Shown: positions 21,714 to 37,197, counted from the first letter of the stretch. The stretch: DNA of 64,000 nucleotides from an uncultured Planctomycetaceae bacterium (GCA_963815195.1 CAWFGE010000015.1:576001-640000); one strand, 5' to 3'. Translations and numbers: made by a program. The notes: generated from the sequence alone by a model not told the origin.

Positions 21714-21950
21714 GAAATCCGAAGCAGGAAATCCGAAACAAATTCAGTCGTTCCAAAAAAGGCGAGAGCGAGAGCCGCGCACGAAGTAAGCGGTCTTGCG
21801 ACTCTGAATTCAAAAAACCGCTTACTTCGTGCGCGGCTCTGTCCCAAACAATTCCACTGTGCACAAAGCACACCCGTCGCAGGGTTTGGATATTGGGATT
21901 TCGGTCCTTGCGATTTGTTTCGGATTTCGAGATTCGGATTTCGGATTTCC
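21714..21950. repeat. heptamer-periodic inverted tracts enclosing a REPIN
   Basis: GAAATCC/CGAA repeats on the left, GGATTTC/TTCG repeats on the right; perfect inner arms AGAGCCGCGCACGAAGTAAGCGGT / ACCGCTTACTTCGTGCGCGGCTCT (21771-21840). Confidence 0.75.
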
Positions 21951-22057
21951 CGCCGCGGGATTGGGGTTCTCTCGCCCTTCCACTTCGCCTATACTCCGCC
22001 GCTTTGGAAAAGCCATTGGGTGGCCGTTTCTCCAATTCAAGCAGGCAGGATGTGCGG

Positions 22058-23155
22058 ATGTGGTACGACGTGCTGGTTGTGGGCGTGTTATTGTTCGCCG
22101 TGTTTCGCGGAGCCGTGAAGGGATTCGTGTGGCAGTTGGCGACGATCGCCGGGTTGGTGTTGTGCTTTACGTTTTCGGGGACGCTCTCCTCGACGATCGC
22201 GCCCTACATCGCCGTCAGGCCCCCGCTCAACCGCTGGCTGGCGATGTTCGGGCTGTACCTCGTGTTTTCCTTTCTGTCGTTCGGCATCGCGCGGGTGCTC
22301 AGGGGCTGGATCGAGAAAGCCCAATTCGTCGAATACGACCGCCATCTGGGATCCGTGTTCGGACTCATCAAAGGCGGGGTCTTCGTGTTGGTGATGACGT
22401 TTTTCGGCGTCACGCTTTCGCATAACTATCCCGAGATCCGCTCTTCGATCTTCAACTCGCAGACCGGCCGAGTCTCCGCGGTGATTATGGATCGCCTGCA
22501 TCCCGTCATGCCTGAGGAATTTCACGCGGTGCTCGAACCCTACATCCATACGCTGGATCGGCCGGGTTTGAATCTCAAACACGCCCACGACGATCAACTG
22601 GGGCCCGTCGAGTCCGATGCGAATAATCAGGCGGGCCCGATCGCGCCTCCGCCGTTCGTGGCTTCCCCCCGCCGAATCGACGACGAACGGCCGCCATTTG
22701 ACAGCGTGGCCGGCGGCGAAACACAGGGGTCAAGCCGCCTCGGTTTTCCGGACGTGTTCGATCCGTCCTTGCCGATGCCCGCCGCTCCGGAGCGAAGTCC
22801 GGTCAGCCCGGCGGCCAATGGCACCCTGGACGATTCTGCGTCACTCTCGGCAGCGCGGGACAAGATGCTTCGCCAAGTCGCCGGCGTGCTGAAGGACGCG
22901 GCCAGCGAGCGCGAGGCGATCGTGAATCAAATCGAAGGCTCGCTGGCGGGGTTGCCGGACCAGATCAAAAACCGCGTGGTTCAGGATTGGTACACGGACT
23001 TTCTCGTGCTCGACAAATCGGCCGATCCCGATCCCCAAACCGATCTGACGACGCCGTTCGACGCGCGGATCCTCAGGCAACTCCAGTTGAATCAGGTCCC
23101 GCTGTCCTCGTTGAGCACGGCCCTTCAAGACCGGTTGCGAAACGCCCGCCGCTGA
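22058..23155 (+). CDS. CvpA (colicin V production) family membrane protein with C-terminal extension
   Basis: RGAVKGFVWQL, DRHLGSVFGLIKG, four TM helices. Confidence 0.8.
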   Translation: MWYDVLVVGVLLFAVFRGAVKGFVWQLATIAGLVLCFTFSGTLSSTIAPYIAVRPPLNRWLAMFGLYLVFSFLSFGIARVLRGWIEKAQFVEYDRHLGSVFGLIKGGVFVLVMTFFGVTLSHNYPEIRSSIFNSQTGRVSAVIMDRLHPVMPEEFHAVLEPYIHTLDRPGLNLKHAHDDQLGPVESDANNQAGPIAPPPFVASPRRIDDERPPFDSVAGGETQGSSRLGFPDVFDPSLPMPAAPERSPVSPAANGTLDDSASLSAARDKMLRQVAGVLKDAASEREAIVNQIEGSLAGLPDQIKNRVVQDWYTDFLVLDKSADPDPQTDLTTPFDARILRQLQLNQVPLSSLSTALQDRLRNARR

Positions 23156-23219
23156 TGGTCGCGTTCCGGCCGGTAGGTTAGCCGCAGGGCGCTCGCCCCG
23201 GGTTCGTTTGCCGCGGAGG

Positions 23220-23684
23220 TTATGGGGTCCGCCGAATCGAGGCGGATTGAGCGGGCAGGGGCGTGCACACTGCCACCGTGCGTTGTTTCGTGATGCGGAC
23301 CTGGTTGCCGCGCGGGTTGTATTCGACTTGGGACATAAACCGCTGGATCAGAAACACGCCGCGTCCGCCGGGGCGTTCCAGGTTTTCGGGGAGGGTCGGG
23401 TCGGGCACGTCTTGGGGGCGGAAACCGTCACCCTGATCTTCGACCTCGACCCACACTTTGTCTTTTGCCACCTCGTATTTGATCCGCACGACTTTGGCGG
23501 GGTCTTTTTTGTTGCCGTGCTTGATGGCGTTCATCAAGACTTCTTCCAACGCCAACCGCACGCCCATCACGTCATGGCTGGGGTAGTCGTGTTCTTCCAG
23601 GAACTCCACAATCCGAAGCTGGATTGCCCGGGCCGCCAGCGTGTTGCTGGGAATCACGACTTCCTGGGAATAGGTGTTTGGCAT
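23220..23684 (-). CDS. RsbW-type anti-sigma factor / HATPase_c_2 kinase
   Basis: LALEEVLMNAIKHGN, VEDQGDGF, GRGVFLI. Confidence 0.9.
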   Translation of the reverse strand: MPNTYSQEVVIPSNTLAARAIQLRIVEFLEEHDYPSHDVMGVRLALEEVLMNAIKHGNKKDPAKVVRIKYEVAKDKVWVEVEDQGDGFRPQDVPDPTLPENLERPGGRGVFLIQRFMSQVEYNPRGNQVRITKQRTVAVCTPLPAQSASIRRTP

Positions 23685-23989
23685 CAGCAACCAAAATTGG
23701 AGGGAAGGGAAGAAAAGTGAAGTGCTGAAGGGACGTTAGGAAAAGACCTTCCATTCGTCTCCTTCAATATGACGAAAATCGGGCGATCAAACAAGACAAA
23801 GTTTGGAAAATCGGCCAAAAACCGCCGAAGTTGGGAGAATTACGGAAAGGTTCCGATTGTTTGGTTCTGGAATTCCCCAATTCGCTGGACAAATTCCACG
23901 GAGATTTCAAGAGAAACCCCGACAAAGCCGCACGGAGCGAAAATTGAGAACACCGGCCGAAATGAACGGCAGGATCGCACGGATCGTTG

Positions 23990-24538
23990 TCACTTCGGCG
24001 GGAGGATCTCGCGGATTTTTTCCAGAATCTCAACCGGTTCCGCCATGCGGCCCGGTCCGATTTGCCCGCAGCTCAGCCAGCCGCTGCCGGGTTCGACGAT
24101 GTTCACGCCGTCTTCGACGAGTTGGCGGAGGTTCCTCTGCACCGAGGCTTTGTTCCACATTTCCGTGTTCATCGCCGGGGCCACAAGCAGAGGGCAGGTG
24201 ATCGTCAACGCGAGCGTGGAGAGCAGATCGTCGGCAAACCCCAGCGCGATTTTGGCGAGACAGTTCGCCGTCGCCGGGGCGATGACCATCAATTCCGCCC
24301 GCCGTGCCAGGCCGATGTGCTCGCCCTGAAAATGTTCCCTCGGCTCGAACACACGCCGATACACCGGCCGGCCCGTGAGCGCTTCGAACGTGGTGGGGCC
24401 GATGAACCGCTCGGCCGATTCGGTCATCACCACCGTGACCTTCGCCCCGGCTTGCATGACCTTGCTCGCCAAGTCCGCGGCCTTGTAAGCGGCGATGCCC
24501 CCGCTTACCCCGAGCAGAATTTCCCGGTGTTCCAGCAT
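23990..24538 (-). CDS. coaC: phosphopantothenoylcysteine decarboxylase (stand-alone CoaC domain)
   Basis: [34 protein letters not shown]. Confidence 0.9.
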   Translation of the reverse strand: MLEHREILLGVSGGIAAYKAADLASKVMQAGAKVTVVMTESAERFIGPTTFEALTGRPVYRRVFEPREHFQGEHIGLARRAELMVIAPATANCLAKIALGFADDLLSTLALTITCPLLVAPAMNTEMWNKASVQRNLRQLVEDGVNIVEPGSGWLSCGQIGPGRMAEPVEILEKIREILPPK

Positions 24539-24674
24539 GGCTCATGAAATTCCCAATGGGCCGCGGCAATGACCAATGACCAATCGGCACCGCGATGGAA
24601 ACGTTTTGAACCTACGAGTCATCAGCCAGCTTACGCTGGCCGCTCGCCTTTTTGGTCATTGGGATTTCTGAAGA

Positions 24675-24950
24675 TTAGATGTCGTCCAGGCTGGGACCCG
24701 AATCGTCTGTGATGGCTCCCAATCCGACCGGGGCGCCTTCGTTGACCTGCAGCCGGCCGGAACGGTCCAGGTAGATCTTGTTCTGCATGATTTCCTGGAC
24801 GACGACTTCCATCATGTTTTTGGTGGGCAGTTCCACCAGCGGCCGGGCTCCGCGATTGAGGGCCACGAGCCGTTTTTGAATGAGCGACGACAACTTGAAC
24901 CGCCCGCCCACCTTGTTGACGATTTCCTCTTCCTTAAACTCTTCCAGCAT
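24675..24950 (-). CDS. rpoZ: RNA polymerase omega subunit
   Basis: [15 protein letters not shown]; conserved position downstream of gmk. Confidence 0.85.
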   Translation of the reverse strand: MLEEFKEEEIVNKVGGRFKLSSLIQKRLVALNRGARPLVELPTKNMMEVVVQEIMQNKIYLDRSGRLQVNEGAPVGLGAITDDSGPSLDDI

Positions 24951-25545
24951 CGGTTTTCGACTCCTGTTGGGATATGAGAATCTGGGAAATTTCCTCGACC
25001 GCCCGTTCCAGGTCGTCATTGACGACTTGGTAATCATAGCGGTCGGCGTATTTCAATTCTTCCGCGGCGGTCTTCAGTCGCCGGCGAATGACCTGTTCCG
25101 ATTCCGTGCCCCGCGCCCGCAATCGACGTTCGTAATCCTCGACCGAAGGTACGACGAGAAACACGCTCACCGCGTCCGGATATTCTTTCATCACGGCGAG
25201 CGCGCCTTCGACGTCGATCTCCAAAAACGACCACGCCCCCGCTTTCCGGGCCCGCTCCAGCTCCGAGCGCAGGGTGCCGTACCAATATCCGGAATGATGC
25301 ACCTCGGCACATTCCAGAAACTCGCCCGCCTCGCGCTTGCGGTCGAATTCCTCTTGTGTCAGGAAATAATACGCTTCCCCGTCCACTTCCCCCGCGCGCG
25401 GCGGCCGGGTCGTGGCGGAGACGGCTTTCATCAAAGGCACCGGCGACCGCTCCAAGAGCCGCCGCACAATCGTCGTCTTCCCGACACCGCTCGGACCGGA
25501 AAGCAAAAACACGCGAAGATGGGAATTGCCAGGGGACAACGGCAT
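24934..25545 (-). CDS. gmk: guanylate kinase
   Basis: [31 protein letters not shown]. Confidence 0.95.
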   Translation of the reverse strand: MPLSPGNSHLRVFLLSGPSGVGKTTIVRRLLERSPVPLMKAVSATTRPPRAGEVDGEAYYFLTQEEFDRKREAGEFLECAEVHHSGYWYGTLRSELERARKAGAWSFLEIDVEGALAVMKEYPDAVSVFLVVPSVEDYERRLRARGTESEQVIRRRLKTAAEELKYADRYDYQVVNDDLERAVEEISQILISQQESKTDAGRV

Positions 25546-25599
25546 TTCAGGTTGGTTTCAAGTTCCAAGTTTCACATTTTCGACTGAAAACCGAAAACC

Positions 25600-26484
25600 T
25601 TATTCCACGTTCTGCAGGACTTCGCGGATTTTCTCCACGGCGGATTTCATTTCCACGACGCAGTGGGCGATGGCCACGTTGTTCGCTTTGGCCCCGATGG
25701 TGTTGATCTCGCGGAACATCTCCTGGCTGAGGAATTCCAGCTTGCGCCCCTGCGAATTTTCGCCTTGCAGAAACGTTTCAAACTGCTCCAAATGCGAGCG
25801 GAGGCGGGTGATCTCTTCGTTGATGTCGCAGCGCTCGCTGAAAATGCTGACTTCGCGAATCAGGTCGGAGCTGTCCACTGTGGCATCGGTGGTTTCCAAG
25901 AGTTCGCGAACCCGGTCGAGCAAGCGGTCGCGAAAGCCCGCCACCACCTGCGGGGCCAATTCCGCCACCTGGCCGAGTTGCTCGGTGATGATTCCCGCAT
26001 TCAGCCGGAGGTCGCGAAGCATCGATTCGCCTTCGATGGCCCGGAACTCGGACAGTTTTTCCAGAGCCGCGACCAGCGTCTGTTGGATCAGCGGCCAGTC
26101 ATCGTGCGGGTTGGTGTGCGAGAACGTGTCTTCGCCGACGACGCCCGGCAAGAGCAGCAGATGCTCGAGTTGCGGATGCGAAGTGACGTGCAGAGACTCG
26201 GCGGCCTGATTCAACTGCCGCCAGTAGCTTTGCAGCACATCGCGGTTCAGTTGGTACTGGTTCTCCACACCCACGCGGTCCACGCGCACCGCCGCCGAGA
26301 CCGTGCCGCGGGAAATCACGCCGCGGAGGATTTGCTCGATCTCGCCTTCGAGCGCTGCGTACGCGTCGGGACAGCGGATCATCAATTTGAGGTAACGATT
26401 GTTGACCGTGCGGACTTCGACCGCCACGCTCAAACGTTCGTTTTGGTTTCGAGCATCCCCAAAACCCGTCATGCTCAACAGCAC
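25600..26484 (-). CDS. yicC: YicC/YloC family endoribonuclease
   Basis: SMTGFG, VNNRY, DINEEITRL, GRKLEFLSQEMFREINTIGAK, QNVE. Confidence 0.95.
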   Translation of the reverse strand: MLLSMTGFGDARNQNERLSVAVEVRTVNNRYLKLMIRCPDAYAALEGEIEQILRGVISRGTVSAAVRVDRVGVENQYQLNRDVLQSYWRQLNQAAESLHVTSHPQLEHLLLLPGVVGEDTFSHTNPHDDWPLIQQTLVAALEKLSEFRAIEGESMLRDLRLNAGIITEQLGQVAELAPQVVAGFRDRLLDRVRELLETTDATVDSSDLIREVSIFSERCDINEEITRLRSHLEQFETFLQGENSQGRKLEFLSQEMFREINTIGAKANNVAIAHCVVEMKSAVEKIREVLQNVE

Positions 26485-26519
26485 AACCGTCTCGCTTTCC
26501 GAAATGTGGTAGCCACCGA

Positions 26520-26690
26520 TCAAAACCCGGCCGACTCGAACCGCGCTGGTCCGTTCCATGTCAAGGTCCGGGCGGGTCAGGGGGTTTGATGTGCGGGGCG
26601 GAATAACAACCGTTCAATTCCTCCAGCATACAATTCGGAAGTTCCCTGACGCAACCGGTCTGAGAATTTGGGCAGGGCAGAGGGTCTTTC
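26520..26690 (+). ncRNA. candidate long rod-like structured RNA (possibly 6S-like)
   Basis: nested pairing CCGG/CCGG, GTCAGGGGG/TTCCCTGAC, TTTGA/TCGGA, TGTGC/GCATA, GGAAT/ATTCC; G-U pairs favour the plus strand. Confidence 0.3.
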
Positions 26691-26694
26691 GCAG

Positions 26695-26713
26695 CGGCGG
26701 CTTTTAGCCGCCG
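26695..26713. terminator. hairpin, possible terminator
   Basis: CGGCGGCT-TTT-AGCCGCCG perfect stem. Confidence 0.5.
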
Positions 26714-26742
26714 AGTCAATCTCTGGAACACCCAAGGGCCCT

Positions 26743-27225
26743 TCACTCGGCCTTCGATTCGGTTTTGGAATCCGTTTTGGATTCCGTGTTCCCGGTGTTC
26801 TCAGGCGGCTTGGGCGTTTCCGTTTTTTTTGCGGGGGGCTTCGTTGCGGGTTCGCTATTAGGACCTTTGGGGGGTTGCGATTCTGGCTCGCCGGCACCGC
26901 GTTTTTCCACGGTCGGAACGTTGTCCTGCTCTTTTTCCTGCTTTTCGAGTTCCGCCTCGGATGTAAAACCCTGGGCGACTTGTGTGGCCGCAGGCTCCAG
27001 GGCGAAGCGGCTCACGCCCGCCAGAAACACCCAAATGATCGCCATGATCGCGGTGATCTTGGTGAAGACATCGCCCGCGCGGGTGCCGAAGGCGCTTTGG
27101 CCGCCCGCTCCGCCGAACGCGCCGGCCAGACCGCCGCCGCGTCCGCGCTGCAGCAGGATAATGATCATCAGCAAGACGCCGACGAGCATGAGCAAAACCA
27201 TCGAGAGAATGGCCAACCACATCAT
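26743..27225 (-). CDS. secG: preprotein translocase subunit SecG with long charged tail
   Basis: [18 protein letters not shown]...[14 protein letters not shown]; downstream of tpiA. Confidence 0.92.
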   Translation of the reverse strand: MMWLAILSMVLLMLVGVLLMIIILLQRGRGGGLAGAFGGAGGQSAFGTRAGDVFTKITAIMAIIWVFLAGVSRFALEPAATQVAQGFTSEAELEKQEKEQDNVPTVEKRGAGEPESQPPKGPNSEPATKPPAKKTETPKPPENTGNTESKTDSKTESKAE

Positions 27226-27237
27226 AACCTGGGTTCC

Positions 27238-28011
27238 TTATGACTCGGCCAGATTCCAGGCCGCTTGAATTATGGGCAAGAACTCTTGGGCTTTCAAACT
27301 CGCTCCGCCCACCAAGGCACCGTCCACGTTTGTCTGTTCCAGCAATTCCGCCGCGTTATTGGGCTTCACACTGCCACCATAGAGAATTCGCGTCCGCTGT
27401 GCAATTTCGGAATTGTAACGTTCGGAAAGCCAATCGCGAAGATACGCGTGGACTTCCTCGGCCTGCTCGGGCGTGGCCGTCTTCCCGGTGCCGATGGCCC
27501 ACACCGGTTCGTAGGCGATCGTGATCTTGGAGAAGCTCCCGGCGGGAACGTCGGCGAGGCCGTCTTCCATCTGCACGTCGAGCACGGCTTCGGTCTGATT
27601 GGCTTCCCGCTCCGCGAGCAACTCGCCCACGCACAAGATCACGTCCAAGCCGCCCGCGAGCACGGCTTTCACTTTTTGATTGATGAGTTCGTTGCTTTCT
27701 TCCAGGACATGCCGGCGTTCGCTGTGCCCCAAAATCACCTGCTGACAGCCCACGTCCTTGAGCATATCCACGCCGACTTCGCCGGTGTAAGCCCCTGGCG
27801 GCGCGTGCCAGGCATTCTGGGCCCCCAATTGAATCGCGCTGCCCTCCAGGGCCGGCTTCACCGCGGCCAGATAAGGAAACGGCGGAGCGACCAGCACATC
27901 CACATCGGCGCGCTCGGCGGGAACCTGGCTCGCGAGCTCGGCCGCCAGCGCGGTCGCCGACTCGAGCAGGGTGTTCATTTTCCAATTTCCCGCAACGAAC
28001 AACCGCCTCAT
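27238..28011 (-). CDS. tpiA: triosephosphate isomerase
   Basis: [36 protein letters not shown]. Confidence 0.97.
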   Translation of the reverse strand: MRRLFVAGNWKMNTLLESATALAAELASQVPAERADVDVLVAPPFPYLAAVKPALEGSAIQLGAQNAWHAPPGAYTGEVGVDMLKDVGCQQVILGHSERRHVLEESNELINQKVKAVLAGGLDVILCVGELLAEREANQTEAVLDVQMEDGLADVPAGSFSKITIAYEPVWAIGTGKTATPEQAEEVHAYLRDWLSERYNSEIAQRTRILYGGSVKPNNAAELLEQTNVDGALVGGASLKAQEFLPIIQAAWNLAES

Positions 28012-28231
28012 GATCAATGCCTCAAATCCCAATTCAAAAAAAGAAAGCCCCGCGAAGATGACAGATAGTTCCGAGGCGGCGGAAAATCAAGACCACGGCA
28101 AGATAATGCGGAATCCCGCATTTATTGACGTGAGTGTGCCACGGCCTCCACCACTGCCATTCGCGGGAGAGCCGCCAATCTTGGCCGAAACTCTTCGCTC
28201 CGAATTCAAAATGCTAGGGCAGGGCACCCAA

Positions 28232-29461
28232 TTATTCGCGGGGTTCGCTGCGAGGGTAAGCTCCCAGCACCCGCATCGTGACGGCCATTTTCTCCACTTC
28301 GCTCAAGGCCTTTTTGATCCGGGCCTCGCTCAGGTGGCCTTCAAAGTCCATGAAGAACAAATAGCCGTCCTCCTCGCCCCGCAGCGGGAACGACTCGATC
28401 CAGGTGAGGTTGATTTTCCCTTTTTTGAAGATCGCCAGCGCATCGGTCAGCGAGCCGGGCTTGTGGGGGATTTGCAGGAGGATGGATGTGCGGTCCTCGC
28501 CGCTGGGCTTGCAGATCTCGTCGCCCACGACCGCGAAACGGGTCACGTTCTTGCTGCTGTCCTCGATGTTCTCGGCGATGATGTTCAAATCATACTGCAC
28601 CGCTGCCTGCCGGCTGGCGACGGCGGCGGCTCCGCGGGCCTGCTGAGCCAACTGGGCCGCGGCCGACGTGCTCGTGACTTCGTGCTGCCCCGCCTGCGGC
28701 ATGTTGCGGGCGAGCCAATCCCGGCACTGCGACAAGGCCTGGGGCTTGCTGTAGATGTCCGTGATTTCGCTTCGCTGGCAGCGGGCGAGCAGGTTGTGAT
28801 GCACGCTGATCTGCACCTCGCCACAGATCCGCAAAGGCAGCCGGCGAAACATATCCAAAGTGTCGATGATCCGCCCGTCGGTGCTGTTTTCGATGGGCAC
28901 GAGACCATAGTCGGCATGCCCGCGGTTGACTTCCTCGAACACCGACGCGATCGTGCTCACGGGGACCAAATCCGACTGTTCGCCAAACCGCTCGATCGCC
29001 GCGATGTGGGTGAAACTGAAGGGCGGACCCAGATAGGCCACGCGGGAGGTCTTGACCTTTTGCCGGGCCGCGCTGAGAATCTGACGGAAGACCCCGCGCA
29101 CCGCGCTTTCGGAAAGCGGGCCGGGATTGGCGGCCGCCAGTTCCTGCCACAACCGATCGTCGGATTTGGGGTCGTACAAGACTTTTGTGGGGTGCGGCAC
29201 TGCCTGGATCTGGGCCGTAGTGAGTTGCGCCCGCTCGTTGATGAGTTTGAGGATTTCCTTATCCAGTTTGCGAAGCCGGGCCTCCGAATTCGCCCCAGGC
29301 TTTTTCTTACGGACGGGAGCGGCTTTTTTCGCGGGGGCTTTTTTCGCGGGGGCGGTCTTTTTTTTGACCTGGCGATTGGCCGGCACCTTACGTTTCGTTT
29401 TGGACTTGGCCTTCGCAGACGAAGCAGAGCGGCGTTTGGAGGTTGCGGTTTTTTTTGCCAT
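28232..29461 (-). CDS. pheA: chorismate mutase / prephenate dehydratase (P-protein) with Lys/Ala-rich N-terminal extension
   Basis: [39 protein letters not shown]. Confidence 0.93.
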   Translation of the reverse strand: MAKKTATSKRRSASSAKAKSKTKRKVPANRQVKKKTAPAKKAPAKKAAPVRKKKPGANSEARLRKLDKEILKLINERAQLTTAQIQAVPHPTKVLYDPKSDDRLWQELAAANPGPLSESAVRGVFRQILSAARQKVKTSRVAYLGPPFSFTHIAAIERFGEQSDLVPVSTIASVFEEVNRGHADYGLVPIENSTDGRIIDTLDMFRRLPLRICGEVQISVHHNLLARCQRSEITDIYSKPQALSQCRDWLARNMPQAGQHEVTSTSAAAQLAQQARGAAAVASRQAAVQYDLNIIAENIEDSSKNVTRFAVVGDEICKPSGEDRTSILLQIPHKPGSLTDALAIFKKGKINLTWIESFPLRGEEDGYLFFMDFEGHLSEARIKKALSEVEKMAVTMRVLGAYPRSEPRE

Positions 29462-29776
29462 AGCAGCCCTTTGTGCTGTGTCTCGCGAGGCCAGCCACGG
29501 AATCGGCCCTTACCATAGCACTGCAGAAACTCGTTCGGGGGAAACAGCGTGCGGTCAAGGGCAGGGGAGTGCTGGCAAAGGCAAGGGGTGAGGAAATCGG
29601 AGGTCCAAACGCGGGCAAAGCCCGCCACAAGCAGGTTGTTATAACCTCTTTATTTACAAAAACTTATGATAATCAATTTTCCAGGGCCCCGTCGGATTTC
29701 TTCAGAATTCGGGTTCCTTTTCGGTTGAGCCTTTGGTTGTACAGGGCAGAGCAAACACTGTCAAGCGGCCCAAAGG

Positions 29777-29912
29777 TGCCAACTGTAAACCTGCGTTCGG
29801 TTTAGTGAAAATAAGCAAAAGTTTCTGCCAAGTTCACCGCAAAACCCGACTGGCTGCCAATTTGACATCCTTGAGAAAACTCAGCCAAAGGCCACAGGAT
29901 GTCATTTTGGCA
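29777..29912. promoter_or_regulatory. repeated TG(C/T)CA operator-like motifs upstream of dnaK
   Basis: TGCCAATTTGACA (29855-29867), TGTCATTTTGGCA (29900-29912), half sites TGCCAA at 29777 and 29826. Confidence 0.55.
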
Positions 29913-30009
29913 CCCATCAGTGGCCTTCACAAAACTCGCGTTCAGATCATTGATCGTAAGTTATTTCCATTCAAGGAATTAAGAATTGTGGGCCCGCGGC
30001 GTCAACAAT

Positions 30010-30025
30010 TGGCACACGCGTTGCT
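30010..30025 (+). promoter_or_regulatory. sigma-54 (-24/-12) promoter of dnaK
   Basis: TGGCAC-ACGCG-TTGCT matches TGGCAC-N5-TTGCW. Confidence 0.75.
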
Positions 30026-30183
30026 CTTAGGTTCAGGGAATCAAAAATCCGCCAAAACGTGTCTGATTTTCCAAAACGGCGGCCATCGGGTTTAATGAAC
30101 ATTTCGTCTTTCGACCAACTTGCGGTATCCGTTCACTTGCCCATGGTCGAAAGCTCTAAACATTGGCGAGAGGAGAAGTTCGA

Positions 30184-32085
<1,902 letters not shown>

Positions 32086-32113
32086 TTCCGTATCGCGGAA
32101 ACGGTCACCAACA

Positions 32114-32142
32114 GAACCCGGTTTCCGAGCCGGGTTTTTTTC
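32114..32142 (+). terminator. intrinsic terminator after dnaK
   Basis: AACCCGG-TTTCCGAG-CCGGGTT followed by a T run. Confidence 0.7.
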
Positions 32143-32155
32143 ATGCAGGAACAAA

Positions 32156-32212
32156 GAACCCAAGCCGACGCCTTGGCGTCGGTCACCGACCGCAAGCGGT
32201 CGGCTTGGGTTC
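32156..32212. repeat. REP-like palindrome (CGACCGCAAGCGGTCGGCTTGG family)
   Basis: GAACCCAAGCCGAC ... GTCGGCTTGGGTTC; right arm recurs at about 53863-53885. Confidence 0.65.
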
Positions 32213-32247
32213 CGCAATGAGAAACAACGATTGGGGAGCTTAAGCCT

Positions 32248-34862
<2,615 letters not shown>

Positions 34863-34900
34863 CCCAAACGCCGACCTTTCATTCCCGAGGAGTTCCGATC

Positions 34901-35227
34901 ATGTTCCACAAATCCAAACTGGACCCATACGAACATCAGTTTCCCCACGACCGCAAAGGCTACGTGCCGGGTCCTGCGGATCACTGGTCGGACATGGACT
35001 TCGAGCACGAAGGCATGGACCCGCACGAAAAAGGAATCTCCGCGGAAGAACAGACCCGGCGGACGCTGTACCTCAACACCGAATGGTGGCCCCAGGTTCT
35101 CGACCGCGTCGCCGAGGAACGCCGGCGTCTCGGAGAAGAACACGGCGAAACCTTCATGTCCCACTGGAAGAACATCGCCCACGAAACCCCCGAAAACCCC
35201 CACGGCTTCGGCGTGGGCGTGGAATAG
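34901..35227 (+). CDS. small His/Glu-rich hypothetical protein
   Basis: GAGGAG RBS, high-GC codon usage, 108 aa. Confidence 0.65.
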   Translation: MFHKSKLDPYEHQFPHDRKGYVPGPADHWSDMDFEHEGMDPHEKGISAEEQTRRTLYLNTEWWPQVLDRVAEERRRLGEEHGETFMSHWKNIAHETPENPHGFGVGVE

Positions 35228-35383
35228 CGCCGCGATCAAGCAGAGCAGGGCAGCGGCACGGACAAAATCATGATTTTGTGAAGCATGATTTTCTTATTGG
35301 GCACTGGATGTGCAATAAAGCGTGTATAGATAATTCTGAGAAGAATAAGGCGGATATGCTTTAAATCCGAAAGGCGACGACCT

Positions 35384-37074
35384 CTAGTCGCTAGTCAGTG
35401 CAAGAATCTCTTGCTCGACATATTTACGGAAAGTAACAACATCAGTGAAGAAGCGGTAGCCAGCCTGATTCGCAGCTTTTTCGATCTCTGGACCTTCCTC
35501 GATGAGTAAGGCAACCGGTTGGCTCAATCCTTCCTGGAGTCCATTGGTCCAAGCAAGATCTAAGTATCCGAATACCTCACCGTTGTTTTTATCGACCAAT
35601 TCGATCGAACGTTCTCCCTCAGGTAATCCTTGAGCAACGACCCAAGCGTTTGTTTCATTTAGAATCGTTTGTTCGTCATCATCAGTGATCGCTACAGCAG
35701 GTTTTTCTGCCGGCTGATAAAGGACGGATACTTCCGACGAAGGAGGCACGGCCCCGGCGCAAAGTTTTTCTAAAAACTCGTTTGCAGCGTTGGCAAGCAG
35801 TTTTCGTCTCTCAGCCAGGAAGTCGAGATACTTTTCGAGTTTCCAAAGTTTCGGATCCATAGGTATCCAATGAGTTTCAAGCACACCCGGTTGCTTTTCG
35901 TTGTAATGAGGTAGGTATTTCCCCGGATTTTTATTAGAGACTTCGAGATTTGTTTCCTGAGTTAGGAATGTGAAATTTGCAATCGCATTCACCTCTCTCC
36001 GTTTATATCCTTGTTTATACAGGAGGGACTTTGGAAAGATATGGTGAATTTGCAAACTAGCCAAATGACCAAGTAAGTGAGCTGTCAACTCATCACCGGT
36101 GCCCCAGTCTCGTGAATGGCATACTCGCGTCATCAAATACAACAAAGGATAAAATCTGTTTCCAACGCTCGATCCGCGAAAATCTTCTTCTGTCAGACGC
36201 AAGTCGCCACGCATGACACGAAGTTCAGCAATCAAGTTTTCTAGTGCGTTTCCCGGTCCCTTTGTTGACGCATTCTCAATCAATTCCAAGTCTCGGTTTA
36301 GGGTAGACTCCACAGTTGAAGAATATCTGCCCCATAAGAGAGTATGAACGTACCAAAAAAGGAGCTTGTCTCTTTCCTTCGGATCACTAATTTTCCCCCG
36401 CTGCGTCAGGTAGCGAACCAAAATCGGAAAGGCACCACGACTTCCGAGGACGCGGTCATGATCCAATCCGAGTCGATTGGCGACAGTATTGAGTAGCTTA
36501 TCAACGCGTTTCTCAGATTCTTCAAGGCTAGTACGAAAGTCATCTGTGGTTACACCTTTAAGTGCAGTGAAGAGAGCTTCGCCCGTAAGATTGGCATTCA
36601 CGACTCGCAAGAGCCAATCGAGACGGAAATGAAACCCGGCATTTGACCATTTGGAAAGCCGGTTTTTCATCTCTGCTCTCGCATTAGGCCATTCGCGCAG
36701 ATTTTGGCTAAAGCGAGGTCACCCTTGGAGAGTTTGGTACCACCACTATTCACTCGATTGAAGATGTCCACGACCACATCGACGGTTTTGTCTTCCCCAT
36801 CGTGAGGCGTCCTGGAAAGTCGGTATTTCGCGGCTAATTCTGGAAAGCGTTTGACGGGCAATACGCTGTGAGCGGTTGTGGCATCGAGAGCAGTTTTAGA
36901 AGGCAGGTGAAAATTATTCCTTCTCGAGGGCCAAAAACCAATCTTCCTTGCAATGGATTGCTTCTTATCGAACGATAGCATCATACGTTGTTTGATCTCG
37001 GTCCTAATACCCGTTGGATTCACGCAAACCATAGACCCCAAGTCGATTTGCTCAAGAATGGTGCCAATTTTCAT
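35384..37074 (-). pseudogene. decayed GmrSD-type (DUF262 + HNH/DUF1524-like) restriction endonuclease
   Basis: MKIGTILEQIDLGSM start; DIFNRVNSGGTKLS; HHIFPKS...NAIANFTFL; DUF262 core (QR..W, DGQQR) absent; frameshift near 36690; low GC. Confidence 0.75.
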
Positions 37075-37197
37075 GGTGTTCCTTTTTGTTTGAGTAAGCG
37101 GGGTAGTCGTAGCAATGTAAAGGAGTTTATTGTAACAGCCAGGCGAGAACGGTATCAACCTCTTGTTCCGCTTGCCTCGTAAGTTTGACCTGGTAGC

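Noticed and set aside
26560..26670. tRNA-Leu (often found after secG) or SRP RNA
   Set aside because: No cloverleaf, T-loop GTTCRA in context or CCA end, and no SRP helix-8 motif.
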